A DNA stretch of 64,000 bases. Origin: Fimbriosthenelais zetlandica. Lineage: Eukaryota. This document shows positions 13,644 through 26,760 of this stretch, piece after piece. The notes under the pieces are model-generated. The model ran no database searches. It had not been told where the DNA came from and was given only the letters and a program-made list of their open reading frames with translations. Numbering within the stretch: the first letter of the stretch is position 1; each line of letters opens with the position of its first letter. The stretch lies in NCBI GenBank assembly GCA_977030845.1, contig OZ365115.1:34720001-34784000 (forward strand). The letters run 5' to 3'. Position numbers and translations under genes: made by a program.

Positions 13644-16600
13644 GGCTATGATAGCTGGCTTCTTCCCGACATTAACCTGAGTGCTTTAGCCGGTTATCAA
13701 TAAGACTAATGCCATCCAGACCCAGGCCTCATGATAACGATTCAATTCCTCGATCCCAAACGTAATTGTTTCTCTATCTGCTCCTTTATACTATTTTATT
13801 TTCGTTTTCTCAAGTAGGGTGAGTTGTATTAAGTAAAGGATTTATTTTTCGGTAGAATTGTAAACAGTTTTTTATATTTTCTCATGTCCTTTATCTGTTA
13901 CCCTAATGGGGTAATTCCACTATGGACTTTTGCCTTATTACTGCAACTTTTACTGCAATTATCTTCTTAAATTTCTAACTGTCTCATGCCTTGACCCTTA
14001 CCACAGTACACTGTAATGCTATGCACACTTGCAATATCCACCTCAGTTGCAAGTAGTGAAAAACAAAGTAGATCTGACCTACAATACCATAACTGCAAGT
14101 CTCGCAAGACAGTTGCAAGAATCGCAAGAAGATACTCCATAACTTTCTGCTGCTAAACGGAAGATGAAGCATGTCATCTCAAATTTGATCATGGCAATCA
14201 CCATCCTGCCCCCGGGTTTAAGCATTGTAAACTTCGCCTTGTTCATTGGCTCTTTGTGACTGCTGGCCTCTGAATCTTGTCCCTACTCCAGGCCATGGAC
14301 AGTGCCTCGTGTCAGAAAGCTGTGGCCTCCTTCTGGTCAATCAGAGTAAATGTGAGTAGACTGGAGGGCAGGCGGTGAGGCGGCGAGCGTCCGTCAGCCG
14401 GGATCATCAGCCATCCCCTCTAAATGACCCTCCATTCTCGTCCGCAATTGGATTTTTTCACCCCTAATTTGGCCCCTGACATCTTCAGAAACTTGAAGTG
14501 AAGGCATCCGGTGGCTTGAAATCACGATCCTATTCTTGCCGCGCTTTGCAACTGACAGCAGACGACATTGGCCTAAATAGGTCAGTACCCAGCTCATTTG
14601 ATGCCTTCTTGCCCTCCAATAAAGGAGACTTCCAGAAAGACCTTTTTATCAGTTCCTTCTTCTGCAGGCCATTCCTGCCAGCCTCATCGGGGCATTTGAA
14701 GGGCGTTTCAAGGTCAGAGCTATGAAGGACGATGGTCCTGGCCATCTAGTGGTCATCAAGGGAATTATTGACGTGGCTCAAGAAGGTCAGACTTTTGGCC
14801 TTCAAGGTCAAACGTGTGATTCCCGGAGTCAGATGCACTCACTTCTGTCAGTTACACCCAAATACAAGTGGTCATCTGCTGGAAAGTATTTTTGCACTCC
14901 TCTGTTGCTAGGTAAAAACATGGAGGATCCTGCCATGTTTCTATTGGTGATATCATTTGAAGCATCCACATGCAAAACAATCAAAAATACGTTATACAAG
15001 GAAGGCCATTGTAGTTAAGGGCTGGAACTATGTTTAACATTTCTTTCTCTTTTGGAGAAATAGTTCTAAAAGTGCTTACATTGTTCCGGATTTTGGATAT
15101 ATTTTGAAATGCAGGAGAAACATCACTTACTATGGGGAAACACCGCTTGCAATGGTTATTATGAACGCGTGATCGACCCATATAAAGTTAGGATAAGATA
15201 GCCTCGTTACCATCCCCAGCACATCCTGGCACTTCAATCCTCAGCGTCCCCTATTGACGCAGCTCTGCTACATCCGGGATCTTCTGCTTGCTCTGCTCTC
15301 ATTGGTTACTGTCAGAGATGACGCCATCTGGCGCCAGAGATCCGCGGCTCTTGAGGCGTCAGTCATGTCACAGGCCACACCAGGTCATTCTCTATTGAAA
15401 AGCCTGCAATAAGGAATAATAAAATACTTAATTGTCGCAGACAATATTCACCCGTGACATTTTATTGATGCTTCATGCTAGGCTTTCATGATGCTGCCAT
15501 TTTTTGTCTTTCTCTTTGCCAAATGAACAGACATGATTTAAGAGATTTAATAGCATGTTATTGATTCGTCCAATGTACTTTAAATATTCCCCTCAAATAA
15601 ATGGCTGGCAATGTCTGCCATGACAATTAATGTTACATTTACAAAGTAGATTTAGTTGTCGACAAGCTGGCCATATAAATCATGTCCCCGGATGGTGCAA
15701 TGATCACTCATACAGAGAGAAAATGCCATTTTGCCATTTCCATGTTTTAATTCCATCGACCTGATTCCTAAACAAGGATTTATTAATTTTCCCCACCTCC
15801 ATGTGGACGTGTGCCATACCCTTCCTTCCCTGAGCTTCGGCCCCAAATATTTATTTTCAAATAGGATTCACCTTGGTTTCAATAGGGGTAACCAAGGCGT
15901 TTGAATTGTCAGGCTGGGATCGATAGATTTAGTTGTAAACATGGATGGTGAGATGTATTTGTCAACAAACATTGTGTTATGACTGGGGATGGGAGATGTG
16001 GGGTGGTACTTGGCTTGGCCTTTTACAGTCATGTGTGCTCCCCGACCATCTCCTACTGTTGCTTCTGATATCAGTGTCAACAATAGGCCGGGTGACAGGA
16101 CAGTGGTGGGATGCTCGGCAAGGCCAGACTGTGTTGACATTGTCAGCAGTTCAGCTTTATGGCTTGAGACACCAAGCTGGTTATGATTACGATGATAGGA
16201 TGGATCTAGCTTTCTCTCTGTCTCTGATTCTCTCACTCTCTGCCTCTCTCTCTCTCTCTTCCATGCTCTTCCCCTTTCTATCTAAGAGGGGCTTATGTAT
16301 CTGAGAAACAGATCGTTCTGAGGTGCATTTGCAGAAAAATTATATTGTGAAGTAAAATTCTGAAGATGTCCTGAGATATTTTCAAGTCTTTCTGCCTAAC
16401 TGCCTAAACTGCCTTATGCACTTTGGACTTCGATAGATTCACACCTATGACTGTCTATATCTACAATATGACTGGCATTAATTCCTGTCTTCATGCTGTC
16501 TGAGAGACAGTGTGACCCAGTCATGGCGGCCATGTTGTATAAACAGACGGTGAATGATAAGGCAATATTGCGTGTTATTGTATGCATGAGACTGAGGTGA

Positions 16601-16680
16601 TGAGAGCCCTGGTCTCTGTACCAGTTAACTGTGTTTACCTCACTCCTCAGACCAGTCTCCAGCCCAGCTTCAACTGGTGG

Positions 16681-16766
16681 ATCCCTATCCCTATCTCTAT
16701 CCCTATCACTATCACTATCACTATCACTATCACTATCACTATCACTATCACTATCACTATCACTAT
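16681..16766. repeat. (CTATCA)n hexamer microsatellite, about 10 perfect copies plus CTATCC variants
   Basis: Directly visible; source of the SD/IT-repeat ORFs. Confidence 0.95.
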
Positions 16767-17344
16767 TGAAGGCCTGACTACACTTGCACAAGCCTTTCTT
16801 GGTGACACTACTGCGACAAATGTGATGCTTGTGTTCCAATCAGAAATTTAGCCTTGGCCACTTTGACTGCAATTGAAATGTCGCGAAATAAAAACTTGGG
16901 GTCCGAAAAGGATTTTTGTAGGAAAGAGGGTATCTGAAATTACAGCAATATCGCCCATATAGAGTCTGCCCTAACCCACACCCACCCTCCCCCACAACCC
17001 ACCCCACCAGAAGCCCACAAACATGCCTATTGTCATGAAGACAAGCACCGACCACTTGTGGTTGGATCCCCTCTTGGATCCTATTATATTTTGGATGCCA
17101 TTGATCAATGGGTGTTTGAGGATGGGGGAGGCATCCACAATAGGCCCTTACCACATTGACAGGGACTGTTGCGTCCTACCAAAGCCTGAGGAGGCACAAT
17201 GCCTTGTTTACATGGCTTCAACAGGCCATCCCCAACTTTGACAGTCACTAGAGGGCAGTCCAGCATTTATGTCATGGTGTCACAGTTGCTCAGAACTCCC
17301 CCTTTAACCAGTGATTACAACTGAGATATACATGTATTTTGCTC

Positions 17345-17520
17345 ACAGCTTCTCAGTGTTGATTCAATTCGATAGATTTGCCATTTCACATCGTCATCCA
17401 GTGCTGCTAACTGAGATATCAAAAGTCAGTCATGTCATGCGCAGTCTGATCAGAGGCTTGCCAAAGGCCAGCCAACATTCTGTCCCACTGTCTGTGGTGA
17501 AAAGAGAACTAGGCAAGGGA
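17345..17520 (+). mobile_element. tRNA-derived SINE family copy (degenerate)
   Basis: The core CCAGTGCTGCTAACTGAGATATCAAA is shared with copies at 20.9, 23.6, 26.7, 31.9 and 44.0 kb. Confidence 0.65.
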
Positions 17521-17755
17521 TGACCAAAGCAGAAACACTGTTTTGTCTTGCGACATTTGAGCTACTCACTTTGTAATCACAAGCACTGAAACTGCTGTAT
17601 AACTTTGAAATACATAACTGCACTTATTATTAGAGTATCATCAGGATTCTTTCACTTTTAGAAAGCCCAGATGAAACTATTAAGAGAAATAATGCGTTAT
17701 CTTAGGGTTCTCCTTAAATTAATATATTTCTCTAATGGTTGTCTGTTGTTTTCAG

Positions 17756-17758
17756 CCA
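17756..17758 (+). other. Candidate 3-nt microexon (CCA) or near-zero-length recursive site
   Basis: CTCTAAT (branch-point-like)...GTCTGTTGTTTTCAG|CCA|GTAAGT. Confidence 0.35.
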
Positions 17759-17972
17759 GTAAGTTGCTGTGATTATTAATAATGTTCAGTCCACCGATCG
17801 ATAACACCTCTCATCCTATTCCACCGTGTATTTATCACAGGAAAAGACAATCCCACTCTCAGTGTTGACACACGGACGAAAAAACCATTAGGTATAAAAC
17901 GCATCCTTCATCACCAGATATGCTTCCCGCTTCACATAGGGTGCCATGCAGATCAATAATTCCCAATATGCC

Positions 17973-18275
17973 AAATATCTTTATTATATTTCATAATTTT
18001 AGGCTTTTTCCATAGATTTAAGCCCATAGAATATGTCCTATAAGGAACTTTTAGTGTAGTGCATGTTAGCAGAAAATGGCCATTTTAAAATATTGCAATT
18101 CTTGGAATTCACATTGCTAATGTGATATACTTTCGCTACTAAATATCTTCATTATATTTTTTAAATCTTAGGCCTTTTTTCATAGATTTTGCCCATAAAA
18201 TATGTTCTATAAGAAACTTGTAATGCAGTGGTAGCAGAAAATGGCACTTAAAATATTAAGAATCAGATTGCTAAC
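17973..18275. repeat. Diverged ~168-bp tandem duplication
   Basis: AAATATCTT(T/C)ATTATATTT...TAGGC-TTTT-CATAGATTT...TAGCAGAAAATGGC recurs at 17973 and 18141. Confidence 0.8.
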
Positions 18276-20924
18276 GTCAGATAAGGATCTGTGGAGATTG
18301 TTGACTTGAGGAGACCAGCCGGTGGCTGCTGCTCTGATGCTAAGAGAAACTATTAAAGTCACTTGTCTGTTTAAATAATCGTCAGTGAGGTCAGTCCTGG
18401 AGGATCCACTTTCGCCGGGGTAACCCCTCATTCCAACCTCCCCCTCCTAACCCTCAGATCCGGTGCTCACCTCGCGTGTTCACGTCAAGGTCACCTCAAC
18501 CCGCCATGTCAAGGTCGTGTGAAGGTCATTAACTGATTGACCTTGATCGCCTTTGTGGCGTATTTTCTCATCTATATCCGATTTGAGGATTAGATTTCGG
18601 GGTCTTTACTTCGCTCGGGGTGAATTATTTGAATTGCTAAGATGTGTGATTGAGGGTCGGGCAGGGCGGGGGCAGCCACCAGTGATAATCGAGTGTGAGG
18701 TGGGTGTCGTGACACGGCGGTAAGATATTCATTTGGTACGGATCGTTTTGGAATGCAATCAGGAGCCAGGAAAGGCGGCCTGAAATGATACTAAGGTGGG
18801 AGATCGTGTCACTCTCCACCCTCGCTCATTGACTCTCAAAGATCCTAATGTCCTTCTATTTACTCTGTGATTGCATCTCCAACGAAGCAGTAGATATTTT
18901 CATGGTGGCCAGAAAAATTCTTTCCTAAACGCTTAAATTCTACAGTACTTCCCCCTTTTCAATTCTGAAAAAAATGTCCTTGAAAAGCAATTAGATGTGC
19001 CTTATTTGTTTTAGGATAGACCACCGACTTCTAACTTTGATAAACTAGTCTACACTTTGTTATAGATGTTGTAATACATTTCTAATAGGCGAATCAATGA
19101 ATATACCAGTAGTGTGATGTCTCTGATAACCCAAGCCTTGCCCACCAGTCGTCTAAACCGTCTCACCACTCCCATATGGCTCAGCTGACCTTGACCTTCA
19201 TGGTAAAGACCTCCTTGACAACCGTCCTGACGTTCTACTGGTAATCTGACGTCATATTAAGAGCTATCTGACAGTAGTTCTCCCTAGTGCCCTCACTCCC
19301 CGCCTCTCCATGGCAACCAAGTCTCGCCCGCTGACAAGCCTGACGTGATCTCGCGTGATTACTGATAAATACAATTTGAAGAAGGAATCAAAGATGCAAT
19401 TTGTGATCATCGTTTTGCGTCGTCGTTGCTATTAGCGACGCGACAGTCGTGACACTGGCTGTAGACGACATCTTCATACGCGTGTGTTGAGACAAATAAG
19501 TGGTGAAGAGGTCATAATTCCCGGACCGACCCTCGATTAACAACGACATAGGCGGCCCCCACAGGAAGACAATCTATTTGGGCGTTCCCAGTGGGGGTCG
19601 CTTATGATGTTAATAACAGATTGTGGACTGGGAGTGAATAAGAGGCAAAGGGGGCTTATGGGACAGTCACATGAGATGACATTGAGGATGGGCAGCTGGG
19701 CGATATTAGGGGAGCTGAGGACCCTGCCGTGAGTGGGTTCGTGAGGGGAGGGAGATGTCGTGATGGCAGAGATCGTTTTGGAGTGCTACTCTATCAGTGG
19801 TTGCCATTTTGGACATTGCTAGATGAAATTATGTGGATTTTGGGGTAACCACGTTTAAGTGCTGATAACTGAGTGCTATATTAGCAGCCGCAATATGCCA
19901 TAGATGGCATGTTTAAACGAAAGATCGATCAGTGCAATTTTACTACATTTGAGTTTGAAAGGTTTAACAATTTGGGCATTCTAGTGAAGGATCTTTACCT
20001 TCTATTCTAAGATGCTGGTCATGCATGGAGGGCAGGCCTTATTTAGGCCTGTCTACCCTCCCCTCCATCCTTCCACCCCTCCACACCTCCATCCCCTCTC
20101 TCTCACTCTCTCTCTCTCTCTCTTCCTTCGCCCCTTCCTTCCACCCTTCGCTTTCCCCTCCCCCCTTCTCCCCCTCCTCCCCCTCCCCCCTTCTCCCACT
20201 CCCCCTTCTCCCCCTCCCCCTTCTCCCACTCCCCCTTCTCCCCCTCCCCCTCCCCCTCCTCCCCCTCCCCCTCCCCCTCACCACAGCGTCTTTATCTCCC
20301 CTCACCCCACCTCCCCATTAATTGCTGAGCGTCTGATATTTTAAGAGGATTTCCACCTTGTTGGTCGCTGTGAATACCATCATCTCTCCCCTGCCTGTCT
20401 CTCATCAGGAGTTGCTCACAGCTCCCGGCGAGCAGCATTGTTCATGGCTCCAGTCCGTAATCCAGCTCCCGCGTAAATATCCACTCACACAGACACCGCC
20501 TTTTCATATTTTGACAACTTAATTGCATTAGTATTGGTAGGGTAGGGAGGCGAGGTGTTCTGGTCGTGTGAAGGAAGGTAGACGAGTAAGGGATTGGGTG
20601 GACAGGGCATTCTAAACCAAAGCGGGTGCTTTACCATGCCTTTACCATGCATGTCTTTCCCGTTGCCAAAGTCAGTCAGGGGTTTTGTAGGGGGTTTTAG
20701 GTTTGCAACCACCTTTCCTATCATAACTTTTCTTTTCTTTTCATTCTTTGTAAGGCGTTGCTAACTCCTCTCTGAATCTCTACAATTTCAAGGCTCTGAA
20801 AAGTCGAGAAATAAAGAAAGACAGAGAGAGAATGGAGTGAGATTAAGACAGAGAGAGAAAGGGAGTTGGGAGTGAGTGAATATGAATGGACCGGTTTTCT
20901 CCAATGGCACTAAAAGTCATCATA

Positions 20925-21075
20925 GGCAATAGCAGACATGACTGACATTTCATATCCCAGTTAGCAGAACTAGGTGTAGAAGGGCAATGGCAATTGGAGA
21001 AGGCTCGGGGGATTGAACCAGGGACCCCTATACGGTTTTGAAAATGAGATCCAAATTGGTCATGAGTGCCCCAGC
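20925..21075 (-). mobile_element. tRNA-derived SINE family copy with a recognisable B box
   Basis: On the minus strand, GGTCCCT-GGTTCAATCCC (B box at 21009-21019) is followed by TTGCCATTGCCCTTCT...GCTAACTGGGATAT. Confidence 0.72.
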
Positions 21076-22461
21076 CAGGGCAGGGATTGTGAGAGCTGGG
21101 ATCTGCCTCATGACATCGTGATTCGGTCATCATTCACGGAACACTAGCGCCACCTCTGATAGATGTGTTTAATTATTAAGGCCTTGTGAAAGTATAATTA
21201 ATCCACGTGATGCCGTCAATGGTGGCGACGTGGTGAGGAAGGGGGGGGGGGGGCAGGGGGGAGGAGAGGGATGGACAGAGGAGGGGAAGGGGGAAGGGAT
21301 GGAACCTATCGGTCAGATAGAGGGATGGACAGGGGGAGGGAACAGGGATGGACAGGAGGGAAATGGACAGGGAGACAGGGATGGATGAAGTGGTGCGGGG
21401 AGGGGACAGGGAGGAGAGACAGGAGCGAGAAGGAGGAGAGAGAGGAGGGGCAGGAAGGAGTGAGAGTGTAGAACGATAAAGAGAGAGTAAGAGCCCTTCT
21501 CTACCTGTCGCCTTTTCTCTCCTCTCTCGACTCCCTTCTCTCTCTATCTCCTTCTCTCTATGTCGCTCTCTCCTCTCCTGACCGCTGTCTTTCCTTTCCT
21601 CATTCCTCCACCCTTCTCCTCCACCCCCCACCCCCCCGTCCAGCCTCCACCCATTCCCCACCCACCCTGTCTTAGACCATATCGATCACGTGTCCAGGCA
21701 GCCAACCAAGTGATGCATCGCCACTCCCGCATCGCACGCCGCAATTCAATGTGGAGAAAATTCATTAGGCTAACATATGTCCCCATATGGGGGCCTGGGT
21801 GGCAGTCTCTCCACCACATACTCATCTCAGTCCATGGCAGGGCTGCTGGTAAAGATCGCCCAGTGATGCTGATACAGCCAGACGGGCGATTCACTATAAT
21901 TATGTCCCCGGACGACAAGAGAGCTCTGGCCGGCCATTCCCCGGACCTCAGGGCAACGCCGCCCGGTGAAGATACACTTAAGCAGCGCAGCAAATGGCTC
22001 CTGACAAAACAGTTTATGAATCACATTCATATTTCATATTTGGCCATCATGGGGCTTGGCAGGGAGGGCAGGCGGGGTAATGGATGGAGAGATGCTGGAC
22101 TCAGCCACCGGAGCCAGCAGAGCCAGCGCCGACGGGCGGGATCCACTAGGGGCATTTACCTGGCGATTCTTGCAATTTGATTGCAATTTTCATCTTTGTG
22201 ACATGTGATAGACAGTCACTGCCATCTGGCGCAAGAGACGAAAGCGGTAAAAGCCCATGTAATGTTGGCAAAATATGACCGACTGCCAGTGCAGCAAGTG
22301 CCTAAAAAGCGATTGCAAGGCTTGCCAGGTTTAACTCCAAATTGGAGATATATTCAAATTTTGATAATTGCCTTGCCATTCTTGCAGTAACCACTAGAAT
22401 TGCGAGCACTGCAAACCCAAGTGGCCTACAAAGCAACTACTGCATCAATAGCAAGTTTGAG

Positions 22462-22525
22462 TTTATTCTGGTTTGGATGATTATTCTGGTTTGGATGTTT
22501 ATCCTGGTTTGGATGTTTATTTTCG
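22462..22525. repeat. 18-bp tandem repeat x3
   Basis: TTATTCTGGTTTGGATG(A/T) units. Confidence 0.8.
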
Positions 22526-23504
22526 GGTTTAAGTTGGTCAGATATTGACATGGCTTATTACATCTGATCGTAAATCACTCTGTGACAGACATTTATTAAA
22601 GTTTCAAGGCTTGCCTATCATCAGTCAATGAATACTGAATATACTGACGCTGCTCCATGACAAAAGTCATTAAATATGTACAGGTATCTCTGTTACTGTA
22701 CCGTCCCACGAGACCCCAGGGTGGATTCATCCGAACACAGGTACCTTAAATATCAAACATGTCAATATCAAATATGTAGAGGTAGGCATGTGGCCTACAG
22801 CAGTGAGGTAGAGAGGAAGAGTCCCACCAGGACCCAAGGGAATATTAATCCAAGGCTGAGAAAGATAACCTTTTTAAAATTGTCCTAAAGATGAATTTTG
22901 GCTGGATTTTAGGTGTTAGGCATGTACATGAGTTATGTATAGATGAATAGTCTCTGTTAGGTGGGCATTTGTTGGGTATGGATGGGTGGGTGTGGGTTTG
23001 GTTGGACGCACAAAAGAAACAATGTACTTTAGGTCTATTGAATCTATATAGATCTACATTCTTCCCAAAAGTACACAAGAATTGATTTACACTTTTAAAT
23101 ATTGAATGATTTTTTTTCTAATTTTCTTCCTAGCCCTATGACAGCCCCCTTTCAAGCTTGCCTTTGCATAGCTAAGTGTCGTCCATGCAAATTCTATGGA
23201 CGACACTTTGTAATGTGACATGAAAATGTATAAAAATTGGTCTTTAGGGAAATAAATATTTAATAGTAGCGAATCCCGGGTAGAGCAACCTGTGATGTAG
23301 ATTTGAATTATGATTATTATTTTATAAGACTTTCAACCTACATGAGTGATGCGTGACAGCTGATTACATCAAGTTCTGCTTCACTGCACATCAATCATAT
23401 GAGGTTACATCGACCTTGACTTATTATTCAACACTAAGGCACATTGTCAATCAAAGATACATAGAAACATTCATGTAGCTGGCTAAACGTCCCACATTTT
23501 GGGG

Positions 23505-23735
23505 GGTTTAGGCTCAGGAGAGTGTTTGGTTTTGTTTGTGGGAGGTCCCAGGCATTCTTCAACTTTGCCATTGTCTTTCTCCAGTGCTGCTAACTGGGAT
23601 ATCAAAGGCCAGCTATATATATCCCCTATGGTGAAGCATGAGAGGCATGTAAAAGGCCAGTCATGTTGCCCACTGTCTGTGATGAGAGGCATGTAGAAGA
23701 CCATCCACGTCTCCCACCCAGCCATGCCTCCCATT
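23505..23735 (+). mobile_element. tRNA-derived SINE family copy with about two internal core repeats
   Basis: An A-box-like TAGGCTCAGG and GGAGGTCCCAGG precede TTGCCATTGTCTTTCTCCAGTGCTGCTAACTGGGATATCAAAGGCCAG and repeated GAGAGGCATGTA units. Confidence 0.72.
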
Positions 23736-26619
23736 TGTCAGCAAATTGAACTCAATGTTTAATTTTATACTTAGTATTTGGTGATGCTGTTTAAGAAAGA
23801 ACCTAACCCATCCAGTCCTCCTCCACCACCTGTTTTTGTTGACGTCTGGCTGTGACAGTATACAGGGCGGACTAGTTCTCTCCCCTGGAGGGAACCACTT
23901 CTCCAGTACACCCCTCTCCCACCCCTCCTCCACCCCTCCTCCACCCCTCTCCCACCCCTCTCCCACCCCTCTCCCACCCATCCTCCACCCTCTCTACCAC
24001 CTCTGTTTATTTAATCTGATCCTGGGATTGTGTTTAAATGACAGTTGCTCCTACCAGGAGGTCCACATAGCACAATGTCAAATCAGCTAGGGCTTGTTTC
24101 ACAAGAAAAGAAATGTTTAATATCTGATACTTTATTATCTTTAAAATCATAATTGCTTAAAATATAAGTATTTTTGGTACAGTAATTTAGGATATCAATG
24201 TGCATTATTCATGCGAGAATTCATCTATTATAAAATATCTTACTAAATATAAAGCGATATAGAGGATTATACATTCGGTTTAGTACAGAAAATCTGTATA
24301 TTAGAGTGTATTTTTCATATGAAATTCTATAATAAATAATGGTCAAACACAGACAGATATAGAGGAGTATATGGGGGTGTGTGTCAGCTATGTTTGGCCT
24401 GTATGTTTATATATATGCACCCACTAATAGGAGGGTAACTGAATGCTTATTTATGCCACCAGTAGAGGTCGGAACATGTTAGAACCAAGATATCAGATTG
24501 ACCGTCAGATATCGCGTCCACAATGCTCCATTCCCACTGTCCCCTCAACGGCGTCTCAGACCCCAGTCAAGGTCAAACCCACAACCATCTTTAAGGTCAT
24601 CTTCAAGGTCACTCCTGACATGGAACATCTGGGCCAGTCACCATTGTCAGTGGTAGGTCAAGGCCGCGCCAAGAAAAAACCCACCATTATGGGGGAAACT
24701 CCGGAGAAAAGAGAGGCTGAGAGAAAGAGGGTGAAGCTTGTCCTTCTTTACTGAAAAGAAATGAGTTTTGACAAAGGGTTCTTCTCCTCCAAATGGTCAC
24801 TTGCTTCTCAAATTTGTCTTGACGTCTGGTGGCAGGGATGGCGATGGGAGGGGGGGGGGGCAAGGTTTTCACCGTAACATCAGATAAGCATGAGATTCCT
24901 TTGGTGAATTAAGACATGAACTCCCCGCTTATCACTCGTCACATCATCCTCTCCTTTTACGACATTGAATGCGAACCCATTAACGGTTGTCGTAATCGAG
25001 GAGAGGACCAAATAATGCTGATTCATCGTGGCCATCTAGTGGCTGGAACCAGCAATGGACACACAATGACCCATCCCTGATAATCCTGACGCTTCATATC
25101 GTTAATTATCTATTATCTGTTTAATATCCTTATATCATTACCGTGATGGGTTGTTTGATAGGCTAGTCTTGGAGGCTGTTTTAAAATTAGCCATTGACTT
25201 AGCATTTCACTAAGGGATTATTTGTGCACAGAAATTTAAATAATCATTTATTCAGTTTTTGCCTTGGATTGCACATTTAGACCAGATGGGATTTTTCACC
25301 ATTTAATGGACATATTTCACGATTTATCTGTAATAATCCCAGTTTTAATATGTCATATTAGATTGTGCTTGGACGTATCAATAAGTGATGCTCAGTCACA
25401 CCATTATCAGCCTCCATTGTTTACAGGAGTAAAGAAATCAATGACTCTTTGTATTATCGCTCAATTGCCATTACGTCACACTACACATCACCTGATCATC
25501 TGGCGAACTCTCCAGCAGTGGAGGAAGGATTAACAGATCCAATATGGCCGCCGTAATGTGCCTGACTTCCTGTCATTCAGCAGCAAATGCACTTTGAGGA
25601 GCGACTGGATGATAATGTCATTGTGTTGTCAGGGACTTATGTCATGCGCGGCTTTTGGGGGGTCGGAGTAACGTTAATTTAGCACTGAGTTCATTATGAG
25701 GTCGATCTAATGGCTTACCTTAGTTAGTGACAATGAAAAGTCTATCCATTTCCATCGTTAACATGGATATGGTTACAATCAGTGGGGATTGTTGATGGTA
25801 GGGCTGTGATGGGATATTGAGGCTAAATATTCTATGGTAGGTTTAGTGACGTTGGTTAGTTAATCATTGGATGCCAATATAACCCAGCTGAGGCAGATGG
25901 TTGCTCAACTCACTTCCCATACATGCAGGGGGAGGATTTTCTGCAGGGAGGTGGGTGTGGGGGATTGGGGTTAGGGGAGTAGCCTTGTGAAAAGTTGGTG
26001 GGAAAATATCCCAAACCCCCCGGATATTGAAATAATTGTATGTGTTTTAAAAACATTATCCATATCATTCCAGTGTAACCTTAGTGTTCCTAACATGAAC
26101 TTCATAATCGGTTTTGGGTTAAGTACCCTGCTCTACCTTTCAAAGTGAAGAAAGTTTAAAAAATCGCCATTAAATAAGTTGGAGCGATCGATAATTCGCC
26201 GTACCTGTTCAACTTTCTCCCCCATCATCTCGCATGCTATTACAACATTTCGCATGTTATTATTCCTCTGTGAATATCTCTCCTGCACACGTTTTTATTT
26301 CATTTTCATCTCATCCTATCTGTCACAAGCAAATCTCAAATTAGAGACGCGGCCTCACGAAAGTAGTTCCGGTAATATAGTCCCCCGGGTCATGATAATA
26401 TGAGTTCATGGAACGGAGGAATATGAGCTCATGTCTGTGAGGAATTGAACAGACAAGAAGAGATGGGAGCGTGGCAGAAACTGTTGGTTCTCTGGGGTCG
26501 TGTGAAAAATTGTGAATGTGTCTTTAGGGGCCTAACTAATCGGTAAAGAATGAAGGAGTGGATTAGATATTTAAGATGGGCGGATGCCTTATACCTCATA
26601 AACTTATGAGACTTTAATA

Positions 26620-26760
26620 TTTGAGATCCCAGGTTCAATTATCCAAGTACTTGCCATTGTCCTTCTTCACCCAGTGCTGCTAACTGGGATACCAAAGGCT
26701 CGCCACTGCCCGTGGTGAGAGTCATGTAAAGGGTCAGCCATGTCTCCCACAGTCTACCAA
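26620..26760 (+). mobile_element. tRNA-derived SINE family copy
   Basis: GAGATCCCAGGTTCAAT (B-box-like) precedes TTGCCATTGTCCTTCTTCACCCAGTGCTGCTAACTGGGATACCAAAGGC. Confidence 0.72.

Noticed and set aside
14394-15181. Several overlapping 65-98 aa ORFs with protein-like composition
   Set aside because: They occur on both strands with no recognisable family, consistent frame or strong splice sites.
21560-22180. 206-aa ORF on the + strand
   Set aside because: It starts in a CT/C-rich tract and runs through a GC-rich, stop-poor regulatory-like islet; no recognisable domain or convincing exon boundaries.
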